Below are positions 19,539-29,690 of a stretch of DNA of 32,000 bases, one piece after another. Numbering within the stretch: the stretch's first letter is position 1; every line of letters begins with the position of its first letter. Source of the DNA: Candidatus Iainarchaeum sp. (GTDB taxonomy: Archaea; Iainarchaeota; Iainarchaeia; Iainarchaeales; CSSED10-239); NCBI GenBank assembly GCA_037441475.1, contig JBBISB010000002.1, positions 66,020-98,019 on the forward strand, written 5' to 3'. The notes under the pieces were generated by a model, which was not told the origin of the DNA, did not search any database, and worked only from the letters and a program-made list of their open reading frames with translations. A program made the translations under genes and the position numbers.

Positions 19539-20253
19539 TTAATTTGGCTCTATTCTCTCTGAGCCATTTACTTTTTTCTTTATGGTTTGGAAAAAACTTT
19601 TCAACAACTTTCCAAAAACTCCTTGAGTGGTTATGATGCACTGTGTGAGAAAGCTCATGCACAATTACATAATCAATAATGTCCTTTGGAGCAAGCAAAA
19701 GAGAAGTTGAAAAAACAAGCTTATGATCATGAGAACAAGATCCAAACCTTGAGGTATTGTTCTTTAAAGATACAGATTTTATTTCCTTTTTAAAATAAAG
19801 ACTATTAAAATAATCTACTCTTTCTTTAAGTAAAGGTAAAAGATCCTTTGAAAGAATCTTGTTTAATAGCTTTGAAACTATTTCTTTTTCCTTAGAAGAG
19901 TTTAAAGGTATTTTAAAAATAATTTCTTTATCTTTAAGTCTTGCAAGAGAGTTTTTTCTTTCCTCTTTTATAATTGTTAGAAGATACTCTCTACCATAGA
20001 TAGAAAAAACCTCACCAGAAGAATATGCTTTTAAAGAAATAGGAGAAAACTTCTCCTCGTTCTTTTTCAAGTAACTTATAAACTTCTCTTTGATTTTTTT
20101 AATCTGCTCTTCTCTTTTACTCTCAAAGAAAAACCTAGGCACCCTTATGTTTACTTTCTTACCTATGGACATATAGGTAGAGTTTCTTCTCTCCACATAT
20201 ATCCTTATAATATACTCTTTGTTATTAAAAATAAGTTTATCTTCTCTTAACAT
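19531..20253 (-). CDS. YgjP-like (DUF45) M48-type metallopeptidase
   Basis: 240 aa; NTSRFGSCS, VIVHELSHTVHHNHSRSFWKVVEKFFP. Confidence 0.88.
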   Translation of the reverse strand: MLREDKLIFNNKEYIIRIYVERRNSTYMSIGKKVNIRVPRFFFESKREEQIKKIKEKFISYLKKNEEKFSPISLKAYSSGEVFSIYGREYLLTIIKEERKNSLARLKDKEIIFKIPLNSSKEKEIVSKLLNKILSKDLLPLLKERVDYFNSLYFKKEIKSVSLKNNTSRFGSCSHDHKLVFSTSLLLAPKDIIDYVIVHELSHTVHHNHSRSFWKVVEKFFPNHKEKSKWLRENRAKLII

Positions 20254-20323
20254 AATAAATCTTTCTACTTTAAAAAGAATATGCTACAAATATTTTATAT
20301 AGATATCATAAAATTGAGAAGAT

Positions 20324-21652
20324 ATGGATAACATAATAGATAGAGTAAAGAAGCTAAATAACTTTACAGAAATTAAAGAAAAACAAGAGATTGTTTACTG
20401 GATGACAAGAGAACAGAGGGTTAAAGACAACTACTCGCTTTTATTTGCAGAAGAAATCTCTATAAAACATAACTGTACTCTAAAAGTTATTTTTACCTTA
20501 ACAGATAAGTTTTTAGAAGCACAAGAAAAACAATTTCTTTTCATGCTTGAGGGGTTAAAAGAGGTTTGTGAAAGTTTAAATGAGCATGGAATAGAGTTTA
20601 TTCTTTTAAAAGGAAAAGAAGCTTCTAAAGAGATTATAGATTACATTAATAAAAATAAAGTATCTTCACTTGTAACCGACTTTGATCCATTAAAGATAAA
20701 AACAAAATGGAGAGAAGAGGTTTTAAGAGAGATAAAAGTGCCTTTCTTTATGGTTGATGCACATAACATTGTTCCTGTCTGGATAGCATCCCCTAAACAG
20801 GAGTTTGGGGCATACACTATCAGGCCTAAGATAAACCACTTACTTTTTAGTTATTTAAAAGAGATACCTAATATTAAAAAAAGAAAAGAGATAGAAACAA
20901 CCATTGATTGGGAAAAAATAATTACAAAAAAACATGATTATTCTTTTTTATCTGGAGAAAAGTTTGGAAAAAAAGTTTTAAAAGAGTTTATTGAAGAAAA
21001 ACTAAACGATTATGCTGTGCTTAGAAACGATCCTTCAAAAGACTGTCAATCAGGACTCTCACCTTACCTTCATTTTGGACAGATATCCTCACAGAGAATA
21101 GCTTTAGAGGTTTTAAAACAAGAGAAAAATGAAGAGAGTAAAAAGGCTTTTCTAGAAGAACTTATTGTTAGAAAAGAACTCTCTGATAATTATTGTTATT
21201 ATAACAAAGAGTATGATAACTTTAATGGATTTCCTGAATGGGCTAAAAAAACCATAGAAGAGCATAAGGAGGATAAGAGAGAATATCTTTACTCACTTAA
21301 AGAACTTGAAAATCATAAAACACATGATGTTTTATGGAATACATCTCAAGAAGAAATGGTAAAAATAGGGAAGATGCATGGTTATTTAAGGATGTACTGG
21401 GCAAAAAAGATATTAGAGTGGACAAAAGATGTTAAAGAAGCTCAAGAGGTTGCTATTTTCTTAAATGACAAATATAGTTTAGATGGAAGAGACCCTAATG
21501 GATATACTGGGATTGCATGGTCTCTTGGTGGAGTGCATGATAGAGCATGGAACGAAAGAGATATTTTTGGAAAAATAAGGTATATGAGCTTTAACTCTAC
21601 ATCTAAGAAGTTTAACTTAAAAGGATATTTAAAAAAAATAGAAGAATTGTAG
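20324..21652 (+). CDS. Class II deoxyribodipyrimidine (CPD) photolyase
   Basis: 442 aa; YWMTREQRVKDNYSLLFA, DCQSGLSPYLHFGQIS, ELIVRKELSDNYCYYN, GRDPNGYTGIAWSLGGVHDRAW. Confidence 0.94.
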   Translation: MDNIIDRVKKLNNFTEIKEKQEIVYWMTREQRVKDNYSLLFAEEISIKHNCTLKVIFTLTDKFLEAQEKQFLFMLEGLKEVCESLNEHGIEFILLKGKEASKEIIDYINKNKVSSLVTDFDPLKIKTKWREEVLREIKVPFFMVDAHNIVPVWIASPKQEFGAYTIRPKINHLLFSYLKEIPNIKKRKEIETTIDWEKIITKKHDYSFLSGEKFGKKVLKEFIEEKLNDYAVLRNDPSKDCQSGLSPYLHFGQISSQRIALEVLKQEKNEESKKAFLEELIVRKELSDNYCYYNKEYDNFNGFPEWAKKTIEEHKEDKREYLYSLKELENHKTHDVLWNTSQEEMVKIGKMHGYLRMYWAKKILEWTKDVKEAQEVAIFLNDKYSLDGRDPNGYTGIAWSLGGVHDRAWNERDIFGKIRYMSFNSTSKKFNLKGYLKKIEEL

Positions 21653-21670
21653 TTTTTATCTTAAAAAAAA

Positions 21671-22402
21671 CTACTTGTATTGAAGCATGAAGTAAGCACC
21701 TTCACAGGAGTTGTTAATCATGTCTCCTGATGAAGAACAAACTATACTGTTATCTTCTAAATAGAAACAATCAACTGAACCATTAAAGGTTCCTTTTTCT
21801 TTTAAATCAAGATAATCTAAAAGAGATTGAGGGGTGTTAAAATAACAAGTACCTTCTGTTTTAATATCTTCTTTTGAAACCATGCTTTCATTAAAGTTAT
21901 CTTCACCAGTAATTTCAACATTAATATCATAAAGAGAAAGGTTTACTTTACAGTAGATATACTCAATACCCTGTATAGTGTATTCAGTGGTTCTTGTAAA
22001 AAATTTATTTTCTGTTTCTATTATGTCTGTGAAAAGGAAACTATAACCTTCCTTACAAGCTGCAGCATATTCTTTAAAACAATTTATGTTTGTTCCACAG
22101 TTTTCAGGGTTTTATGCATAAATTATTTCAACTGGTATTTCTTCTGTAAAAGCAGAGTTGTTATCAATAACTAAAGAATTGTTATCTACAAAACCATCTG
22201 GTGTTTGAGAAATATTTTAATAATTTAAAGAAGCATCGTTTGTTCTTACAAAAACAAAGAGAACAATTAAAACAAGGATGATTATTATAATAATTACATA
22301 TAACCATAGAAACTTTGATTTTTTAGAAACATTTACAATGGTTGTATTTTCATCCATATCTTTTTCATCTCTTTTAAATGTATATATAAAAGCACATAAC
22401 AT
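21671..22402 (-). pseudogene. Membrane-anchored Cys-containing protein gene with two in-frame TAA codons (22112..22114 and 22217..22219)
   Basis: Codon-by-codon reading joins the 61-aa and 70-aa track ORFs in one frame: ...TNDASLNY*NISQTPDGFVDNNSLVIDNNSAFTEEIPVEIIYA*NPENCGTNINCFKEYAAACKEGYSFLFTDIIETENKFFTRTTEYTIQGIEYIYCKVNLSLYDINVEITGEDNFNESMVSKEDIKTEG... Confidence 0.75.
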
Positions 22403-22447
22403 TTAAAAAGTTATATTTTAGAAGAAAATATCTTTTATTCCTTGAAA

Positions 22448-23575
22448 TTATATCTTTTTATTATAAAGCTTGTTTAGGTAAGCAATAATTTTTTTAGATT
22501 TATTTGCATCTATTCCTGGAACCTTTGAAAGATCTGCAAAGTTAAGGTTCTTTACATTATTAATTGACTTATGGGTCTTTATTAAGCTTTCAATAGACTT
22601 TTCATCAATATCGTTTATTTTAGAAAGGATCCTATAACCTCTTGGAAAATCATTTGTTTTTCCGTTTACAAAGTTTGATATTTCTAAAATCTCAATTAAC
22701 TTGTCAGTATCAGCTATTCTTCTTATACCTAGTTGCTTTAATAAAGAGATTTTTTCAAAAGAAGCCTCTCTTGTTATTATATTGTTTGAATAATCTCTTA
22801 AGATGAAAGATAGTTCCTCATCAATACCGTATGTTACTTCATATAAAGTGTTTGAAATATCTTGACCTTGAGACCCAAGCTCAACTACCAAGTCATTCAC
22901 TTGTTTTTCATGTTTTATAAAGTAAAGGATGTTTTGAATAACATCTAAAATTTCTATCTTAAGGTTAGGGGTGTTGTTTATCTCATAGGAAAGAATATTT
23001 CTAAGTTTCTTATCAAGCTTTGTTCTAAAGTCCTTTAGGTTGTTTATAGCATAACTTGCTTTAACCATTAGGATGCTAAAGTCCTGTAAAACATATTTTT
23101 GGTCCTTATAGTAAAGAGAAATAACACTTCTTCTATGGGAGATGGCTATTACTGGAACATTTGATTGTTTTGCTGTTTGTTCAGCTGACCTATGCCTCAT
23201 TCCTGTTTCCTTTGAAGAGATTTCTTTGTCTGGCATTAAATGTTTGTTTGCACCTATTATTTTTGTTAAGTCTTTGGAAAGGACAATGGCACCATCCATT
23301 TTTGAGAGTTCAAAGAGCTTTTGAGAGGAGAAAGGGATATCAAGGTCTATTCCTCCTTTAAGGATAGGTTTTAGTTCCTCTGAGTTGCCTAGGACTATTA
23401 GGGCACCTAGGTTACCATGTAAAATCTCATCTAGGCCTTGTCTTAGTTCTGTTCCTGGTGTAACAAGCGGCAGGATCCTTGTAATATCTATGACTTCATT
23501 TTTATATATTTCATTTAAGAGTTTTGAAGAGAAGTCATCTTCTACAAATATTCTTTTTTTTGGTTTTGTAGGCAT
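22448..23575 (-). CDS. disA: DisA: diadenylate cyclase (DAC) domain, linker and C-terminal HhH
   Basis: 375 aa; DGAIVLS, ETGMRHRSAEQTAKQSNVPVIAISHRRSVISLYY (DGA and RHR motifs), DisA-linker-like helices, HhH LSKVPGIDANKSKKIIAYL. Confidence 0.9.
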   Translation of the reverse strand: MPTKPKKRIFVEDDFSSKLLNEIYKNEVIDITRILPLVTPGTELRQGLDEILHGNLGALIVLGNSEELKPILKGGIDLDIPFSSQKLFELSKMDGAIVLSKDLTKIIGANKHLMPDKEISSKETGMRHRSAEQTAKQSNVPVIAISHRRSVISLYYKDQKYVLQDFSILMVKASYAINNLKDFRTKLDKKLRNILSYEINNTPNLKIEILDVIQNILYFIKHEKQVNDLVVELGSQGQDISNTLYEVTYGIDEELSFILRDYSNNIITREASFEKISLLKQLGIRRIADTDKLIEILEISNFVNGKTNDFPRGYRILSKINDIDEKSIESLIKTHKSINNVKNLNFADLSKVPGIDANKSKKIIAYLNKLYNKKI

Positions 23576-23807
23576 GTTTAATCGTTCTTTTTGTTTTTTT
23601 TAAAAAGTAAAAACAAGGTTATTTTTAGGTAAATATCATATATTTTATTTATATGATATTATAGTTGTGCAAATTATTTAAAAAGAGATGTTGTTTATTT
23701 TATAAGTTATCTTTCTTGAAAGAAGTTGTTTTTTTTTTAAAAAAGTAATTTAAGGTGATCTTTTGTAGAAAACTCATGCTTATAAAAAAACTAAAAATTA
23801 ATATAAA

Positions 23808-25046
23808 CTAACTTATTTTTTTAAAAAAAACATAAAAGTTTAAAAAAGAAAGAAAAGAAATGTTAGTGTTAAAATATTTCTTAGACTCATTTAAATTATC
23901 TGTAAATAAAAAACCCTCTTTAGGATTATACTTTTCAATAAAGCTTAAATAGGATCTTGAAATGTTTGTTTGTTTAAGAGAATTTTTAACCTCTAAAGGA
24001 TATATAGAAAATCCTTTTTCAATAATGAAATCAACTTCAGCACCATTATTAGTTCTCCAGTATTTTGGTTCAATAGATTTTTTAATTAATTCAGAGAAAA
24101 TAAAATTTTCTTTTATAAAACCAATATCACTACCTTCTAGAGAAAAAGTATCTAATATAGCATTTCTTAGGCCTATATCATAGAAATATATTTTTTTACT
24201 TTTAATTAATTCAGTTCTTTTATTTTTATAAAAAGGATGTATTTCTTTGCAAATATATGTTTTATTTAATAGATTCATTATCTTCTTTAAAACAGGATAA
24301 TCTAAGTTACTTAATGTAGAAAGCTCTTTATAATTTATGATATTTCCTGTTTGTAAAGATAGAGCTTTAATTAAATAATTTAATTTGAAATCATCTGCTA
24401 AGTTTGAAATATTTTGAACATCTCTTAGAGCATATGTATAATATATATCTTTTAATAACTTTATTTTAACATCTTTTTTTTCCTCTAAAACAACTCTTGG
24501 ATATCCTCCAAAAAGTAAAAACTCTTCAAAATAAGGTTTTAATAATTTGAAATAAACATCAGCATTATCTGTTGTTTTATAAAGAATTGAAAGGTTTTTA
24601 TCCTTTGCTAAAAGAAATTCATAAAAGGAAAAGGAATATAATTCAAAAATATTTACTCTTCCTACAAGGTATTTTAAACTTTGAATAGATAGATCTATAC
24701 TTGAAGAACTAGTTATTATTATTTTAACTTTATTTTTGTGTAAATCATATATGTACTTTAATATCTTTCCTGAATCCTTAGCATAATGAATTTCATCAAT
24801 AAAAAGTATATCTGTTCCTTGGATGTATAGTTTAATAAATTCATCTGTGTTGTTTACAAAAAGATCTTTAATATTTAGGTTATTAAAACTTATTTGAATT
24901 ATTTTTTTATTTGAAATACCACTTAGTATATGCTCTATCATTGTGGTTTTACCAACTTGTCTTGCACCCATTACTGCTATAATCTCAGGAGTTGATAAAA
25001 AGTTTAATAATGTAAATTCTAGATCTCTAGGGATATATTGGTCCAT
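23808..25046 (-). CDS. AAA-family ATPase, DUF4143-type
   Basis: 412 aa; Walker A GARQVGKT, Walker B DILFIDEIHYAKD, C-terminal NNGAEVDFIIEKGFSIYPLEVKNSLK. Confidence 0.88.
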   Translation of the reverse strand: MDQYIPRDLEFTLLNFLSTPEIIAVMGARQVGKTTMIEHILSGISNKKIIQISFNNLNIKDLFVNNTDEFIKLYIQGTDILFIDEIHYAKDSGKILKYIYDLHKNKVKIIITSSSSIDLSIQSLKYLVGRVNIFELYSFSFYEFLLAKDKNLSILYKTTDNADVYFKLLKPYFEEFLLFGGYPRVVLEEKKDVKIKLLKDIYYTYALRDVQNISNLADDFKLNYLIKALSLQTGNIINYKELSTLSNLDYPVLKKIMNLLNKTYICKEIHPFYKNKRTELIKSKKIYFYDIGLRNAILDTFSLEGSDIGFIKENFIFSELIKKSIEPKYWRTNNGAEVDFIIEKGFSIYPLEVKNSLKQTNISRSYLSFIEKYNPKEGFLFTDNLNESKKYFNTNISFLSFLNFYVFFKKIS

Positions 25047-25239
25047 ATAGATAATTTATACCGAAAAGTATATAAATACCAACGGAAAATTTAAAAAAAT
25101 TAAATAATCCGGCGGTTAAAATTGTAAAAAATTAAATTATTTGGGGGTTGTTTTTTTAAGAAAAAGATAATTTTTTAAAAAAACATATAAAAAAAGGTTT
25201 TATTTTTTAAAAATAAAAGAAAAGAAGATATTTTTTAAA

Positions 25240-26416
25240 TTATCTTCCTAATTTGTTATTAGAGTTTTTATGCTTGATTACAAAGTAAGCAATTATTCCT
25301 AAAATAACAAGAGCAATTAATATCCATACAGCTAGAGAAATACCTTTTTTACTATCAGTTGTTAAGTCATGAGTATAAGGCATAACCTCATCTGTTGGAG
25401 GAGTAACTGCATCTGTAGGTGCTTGAACCTCTTGTACTTCTGCAAAAGAAAGAGTGTTTTGCATACTTAAAAACTCTTCTTCAGTAACTCTTTCATTAAT
25501 TACAAGGTATATTTATTGTTTGACCTATATCTAAGGATGGAAGAGTAAATTCTATTATTGGGTCATCTAATAATACTCTAAAAGCATATATTGATGAGAT
25601 TTGAGAGGCACTCTGTGCTATTTCCTTATGGATAACTTCAACTATCTTAACTTCCTTTAAAGGTTTATTTGAGTTGTTTCTTACATTTATTGTAAAAGTT
25701 GAAGTAAAGCTTTCTTGTCCGGTTTGAGAAACTGTTCTTCTAACTTCAAGATTTCTTTCTATTGTTAAAAGACCATCTTGAGCAGTTTGCATGTACTCTT
25801 GTATTTCATCTTCAGTTAAGTTACTTCCTTGAAGCATTTCTCTTACTTTAGAAGGAGTTACTGTTTCAATTGTTGAAGAATAATTTTGAACTGTTGTTTG
25901 GTCTTGTGTTGTTGTTCCTGTTGTTGAAGAACCTCCGCTAGAAGAACCTGAAGAACCACCTTCAGAGCCTCCACTTGAGCCTCCACCTGTTGTTACAGCA
26001 GCACAAACTCCTCCTGAACAATTACCGCTTGTACATTTAGCATTATTTGAACAGCTTTGGCCGTTTGCAACTTTTGAAACTGTGAAGTTTTGAACAACCC
26101 AAGGATCTCCGGATGTTTTACAAAAACCTTCAAAAGTAAATGTTTTGAAAGTAGCACCGTATACTTTTAATGATATGAGGTTACCAGTATTTGCTCCAAC
26201 AGAGTTTAGACTGTATGAGCCATCTTCTCCAATAGTTGCACTTTTAAGTAAAGTTGAACCGGAGTATGCTCCAACTGTTAAGCCATTAACAGTGAAGTTA
26301 TCTCCTGTTACTGTTCCCATTACCCAACATGGTTCTGTTGATGGGTCTGCAAAAAGTAAACCTGAAATTAAAAACAAAGAAAAAACTAAAAATAATATTC
26401 CTTTTTTAAAATACAT
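25240..26416 (-). CDS. Exported surface protein with Cys-rich motif and C-terminal TM; apparently frameshifted near 25496-25515
   Basis: Track ORF 25496..26416 (signal peptide; NGQSCSNNAKCTSGNCSGGVCAA) ends ...GQTINIPCN*. The frame of track ORF 25240..25464 reads upstream LVINERVTEEEFLSMQNTLSFAEVQE... and ends in a TM (LAVWILIALVILGIIAYFVI). Confidence 0.7.
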
Positions 26417-26448
26417 ATATATATATCAACTCCTTATAAAAAAATTAT

Positions 26449-28118
26449 TTAATTTACTAATCCTAATGAATGTCTTATTGCTTTTTCTGGAACATCAGCA
26501 CCTACTATGTCAAAATACATATAATTTTCATTTCTTAAATTATTAAATAAATTATATGTTGTGAACATATTTGAATCAACAGTAGTCCATCCATCTGTTG
26601 AATTATAGAAATACACTGTGTTAAAATAACTAATTTCTGATCTTTCACTTAAAGGACCTTCATTAGATGTTAATAAATCACTTAACATGTAATTTTCATC
26701 CCAAGAAGGTATTTTTTCAAATTGTGATTTAAAAAATTTTCCTCTTTCAAGATTTGTTTTAAAAACATCTCCTGTTGGAAAACTGAAAGAATAGACATAT
26801 GCTACATTTAATGTGTAATTATGAGCATAAGTCATCTCATTACCAGCTTCATCTCTTACTTTTATTGAAATATTGTAATCTCCTGGAATAAAAGTTTGAG
26901 TATATTTAATACTTAAAAAGTTTTGATCACTTAAAGAAAAATTAATATCTTCAATTTTATTAACATCATTTATTGTAAATAATAAAACATTATTTATAAA
27001 TGGTTGATTAAACATCAAATTATCAATAGCTTCAATTGTAATTATATCTTCATTTACATTTAAAGTATTTGTCCATGTTGAAAGTAAAGGTTTAGTTTTA
27101 TCTATTTTTATTAAACCAGATTCTTGTATTTCTTGAACATTTCCTGCATTGTCAATAGTTCTAAACCTTATATAATTATTTCCTTCTACAGATAATAATG
27201 TTGGAGAAGAATAATTTGTATCAGGAGTACAATTATTTGTGTCTGATAAACAATATTCTGTAAAATAAACATTACTTATTGAATCAACTGGAGTAATTGT
27301 ATAATTTACATCTGTTGTATACCAACCATTTGTACCTAGTGTTCCTGAAGTTATAGAACCTGAAGTTGTTGGTTTTGTTTTATCTAATTTTAAAATATTT
27401 GATGCAGTCTTAACTGTTTCTAAGTTTTCTAACTTATCTTCTCCACTGTACTTGATTGTATATTCGCCGTCAGATGAAATAGTAAATTCCCAATCACCTT
27501 CTTCATTTACAAAGGATGAAGCGGTAGTAGGAGCATTACCATCTATAGTGTAATAAACAACATCACAACCTACGCCAATACCATCATCACAAGTAAATGT
27601 AACTGTAACATCACTTGTATTCCAATTAGAAGGAACATTATCTGTTGTTGTTGGAGCATTTCCATCAACATATGTATTTACATTTGTTGGATGGACAACA
27701 GTAAAAATATCTGTCGTCTGAACTAACCAGGTGTATAAACCACCATTAGAACCAGAATTAATATCTAATGTAAAATCTAATTGATTTCCTGAAGTTATAT
27801 AAGCAGTAGAAGTAGTATAAATACATTCTAGTGAACTTGAATTTAAATCCCAATTTGATGGAGCTGAACCACAATTCAATAAAGAATATCCCCATTATTT
27901 GTAGGACGAGTAATTGAAACTTTATTTATCGAATCGTTTCCATTGTTTAAGACATTAATAGTATACTCATACTCTGTACTTGGTAAAACATATTGAGGAG
28001 TTATAGTTGCTGTATGTGTATGAGCAGCATTTACTAGCCCTATTGTAAAAACCATAAATACTATTATAAAAAACATAAAAAATAAACTTTTAAACTTGTT
28101 CAATCCCATTCTTTTCAC
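26449..28118 (-). CDS. Large exported surface protein with Ig-like repeats; apparently frameshifted near 27876-27897
   Basis: Track ORF 27876..28118 has signal peptide and ...PTNNGDILY*. Track ORF 26449..27879 begins LLNCGSAPSNWDLNSSS... with no signal peptide and no usual start; two copies of a 'DKTKP' inter-domain motif. Confidence 0.7.
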
Positions 28119-28386
28119 CTTTCGTTTTTTTAAATCTAATTATTGCTAAATAAGTTAATGTAAAATATTATATTTAAAGTAACAAAAGCTTTTTAAATAG
28201 TAAATCTAATTATTTACTTAACTTTATTATTATAAAAAGTTAATAAAACAAACAGATAAGAAAAATAAAAAATATTTAAAAACCTTTATATAATATATAA
28301 AGAATAATATAGAAGCAGGTTACTTTTAAAAAACAGTTTACTTTCTAGAAGCAACTTACTTTAAAAAAAATTAAAAAGAGAAAAAA

Positions 28387-28758
28387 ATGAAACAATTAAT
28401 ATTTTCAGAAAAAGAGTTTTTTAAAAAACTAGGACCAATAAGACATAACCTTACAAAACATACAGGAATCTTCCAAACAACAGAGATTGGAAAAATAAAC
28501 ATCGGACTTAGTAAAGAAAAGATAATCTTAGATAAAGATATACAACTTTTAAAAGAAGTAGATGCACTTTTAATCTGTAACTTTAAAAAAGGAAAAGAAG
28601 AAAACCATATAGGCATAAACTCCTTAATAATTCTCTCAATTGCCTACTCTTTAGGAAAAAAGATATATTTATTATATGATCTACCTAATAAATATGTAGA
28701 TATTTTAAAAAGTCTAGAAGTCTTAACCCTTAATTCAGACTTAAAAAAAATAATGTGA
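28387..28758 (+). CDS. Small Rossmann-like protein related to nucleoside 2-deoxyribosyltransferase-like family
   Basis: 123 aa; EVDALLICNFKKGKEENHIGINSLIILSIAYSLGKKIYLLYDLPN resembles the DALLV.N..K.....YIG.N...E...A...GKKI.LL pattern. Confidence 0.5.
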   Translation: MKQLIFSEKEFFKKLGPIRHNLTKHTGIFQTTEIGKINIGLSKEKIILDKDIQLLKEVDALLICNFKKGKEENHIGINSLIILSIAYSLGKKIYLLYDLPNKYVDILKSLEVLTLNSDLKKIM

Positions 28759-28767
28759 AGATAATAT

Positions 28768-29394
28768 ATGATAAAATTAATAGCATTTGACTTTTGGGGA
28801 ACACTTGCAATTAAAGGCAATCCTTTTTTTCATTTTTCAGAAAAAATAAAAGATGAATTTAAAATTAATCTTGAAAGAAAGGAAATAAATAAAATATATG
28901 AAGAAACTGTTCAGATTAAATATTGGGAAACTCAAGCAGATGCTTTTACTGAATTTGCAAGAAGACTTAAAATATCACCAACAAAAGAAAACATTGTAAA
29001 ATTAATTGGTATTAGAAACAAATCAGAAGAAGGAATGTTAGTCTTTGACTTTGTAATACCACTACTTAAAAAACTAAAAGAAAAAAGATATCAGATAGCT
29101 ATAGTTTCAAACTCATCAATGTTTACTTATGAGTATATTAAAAAAGAAACAAATATCTTAAAGTATGTTGATTATGAACATTTTTCATTCCAAGTAGGGT
29201 ATACAAAGCCAAATCCACAGATGTATTTAGAGCTTCAAAGAAAAGCTAAAGTCTTTAATAACGAGATGCTTATGATTGGAGATGACTTTGAAAATGATTT
29301 TAAAGCACCTAAAAAGCTTGGAATAAATGCTATAATGTTTAAAAACTATGATGAACTTTTAGTTGAACTTAAAAAATACAATATTGAGCTATAA
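28768..29394 (+). CDS. HAD superfamily hydrolase
   Basis: 208 aa; FDFWGTL (motif I variant), VSNSSMF, K in YTKPNPQMY, MIGDDFENDFKAPKKLG. Confidence 0.88.
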   Translation: MIKLIAFDFWGTLAIKGNPFFHFSEKIKDEFKINLERKEINKIYEETVQIKYWETQADAFTEFARRLKISPTKENIVKLIGIRNKSEEGMLVFDFVIPLLKKLKEKRYQIAIVSNSSMFTYEYIKKETNILKYVDYEHFSFQVGYTKPNPQMYLELQRKAKVFNNEMLMIGDDFENDFKAPKKLGINAIMFKNYDELLVELKKYNIEL

Positions 29395-29637
29395 AGAAGT
29401 ATTTATTTTAAATAAGTTCTCTTGTATTAAATACAGCTTTCTTTACAAGAATAGCTTTTTCTTTTATATATGTTGTTCATCACACCACAATAATAATATT
29501 GTTATATCTGTGTGACAGTAAATATTTCTAAATAGATTGGTTTTAAAATTTGAAAAAGTTTTAAATATAGAATTTAGGGATAAATTTAATTTTAATAAAA
29601 AATAATATATTACATTTGATTTTTAAGTAAAAAATAG

Positions 29638-29690
29638 TTTAACGCCGAAAAAAGACAAAAACCTCTTTTTTTAAAGATTTCGACGTTAAA
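29638..29690 (-). promoter_or_regulatory. Interrupted inverted repeat (13-nt arms, one G:U pair in minus-strand RNA) in a 600-bp intergenic region
   Basis: TTTAACGCCGAAA (29638-29650) vs TTTCGACGTTAAA (29678-29690). Confidence 0.4.

Noticed and set aside
9775-22402. Whole-genome reassignment of TAA as a sense codon
   Set aside because: Most intact genes in the window end at TAA at plausible positions (for example DisA, Bud23-like) and internal TAAs occur in only two genes; local readthrough, mutation or error is more likely.
23962-24183. Plus-strand ORF 23962..24183
   Set aside because: Antisense to the DUF4143-type ATPase; no independent support.
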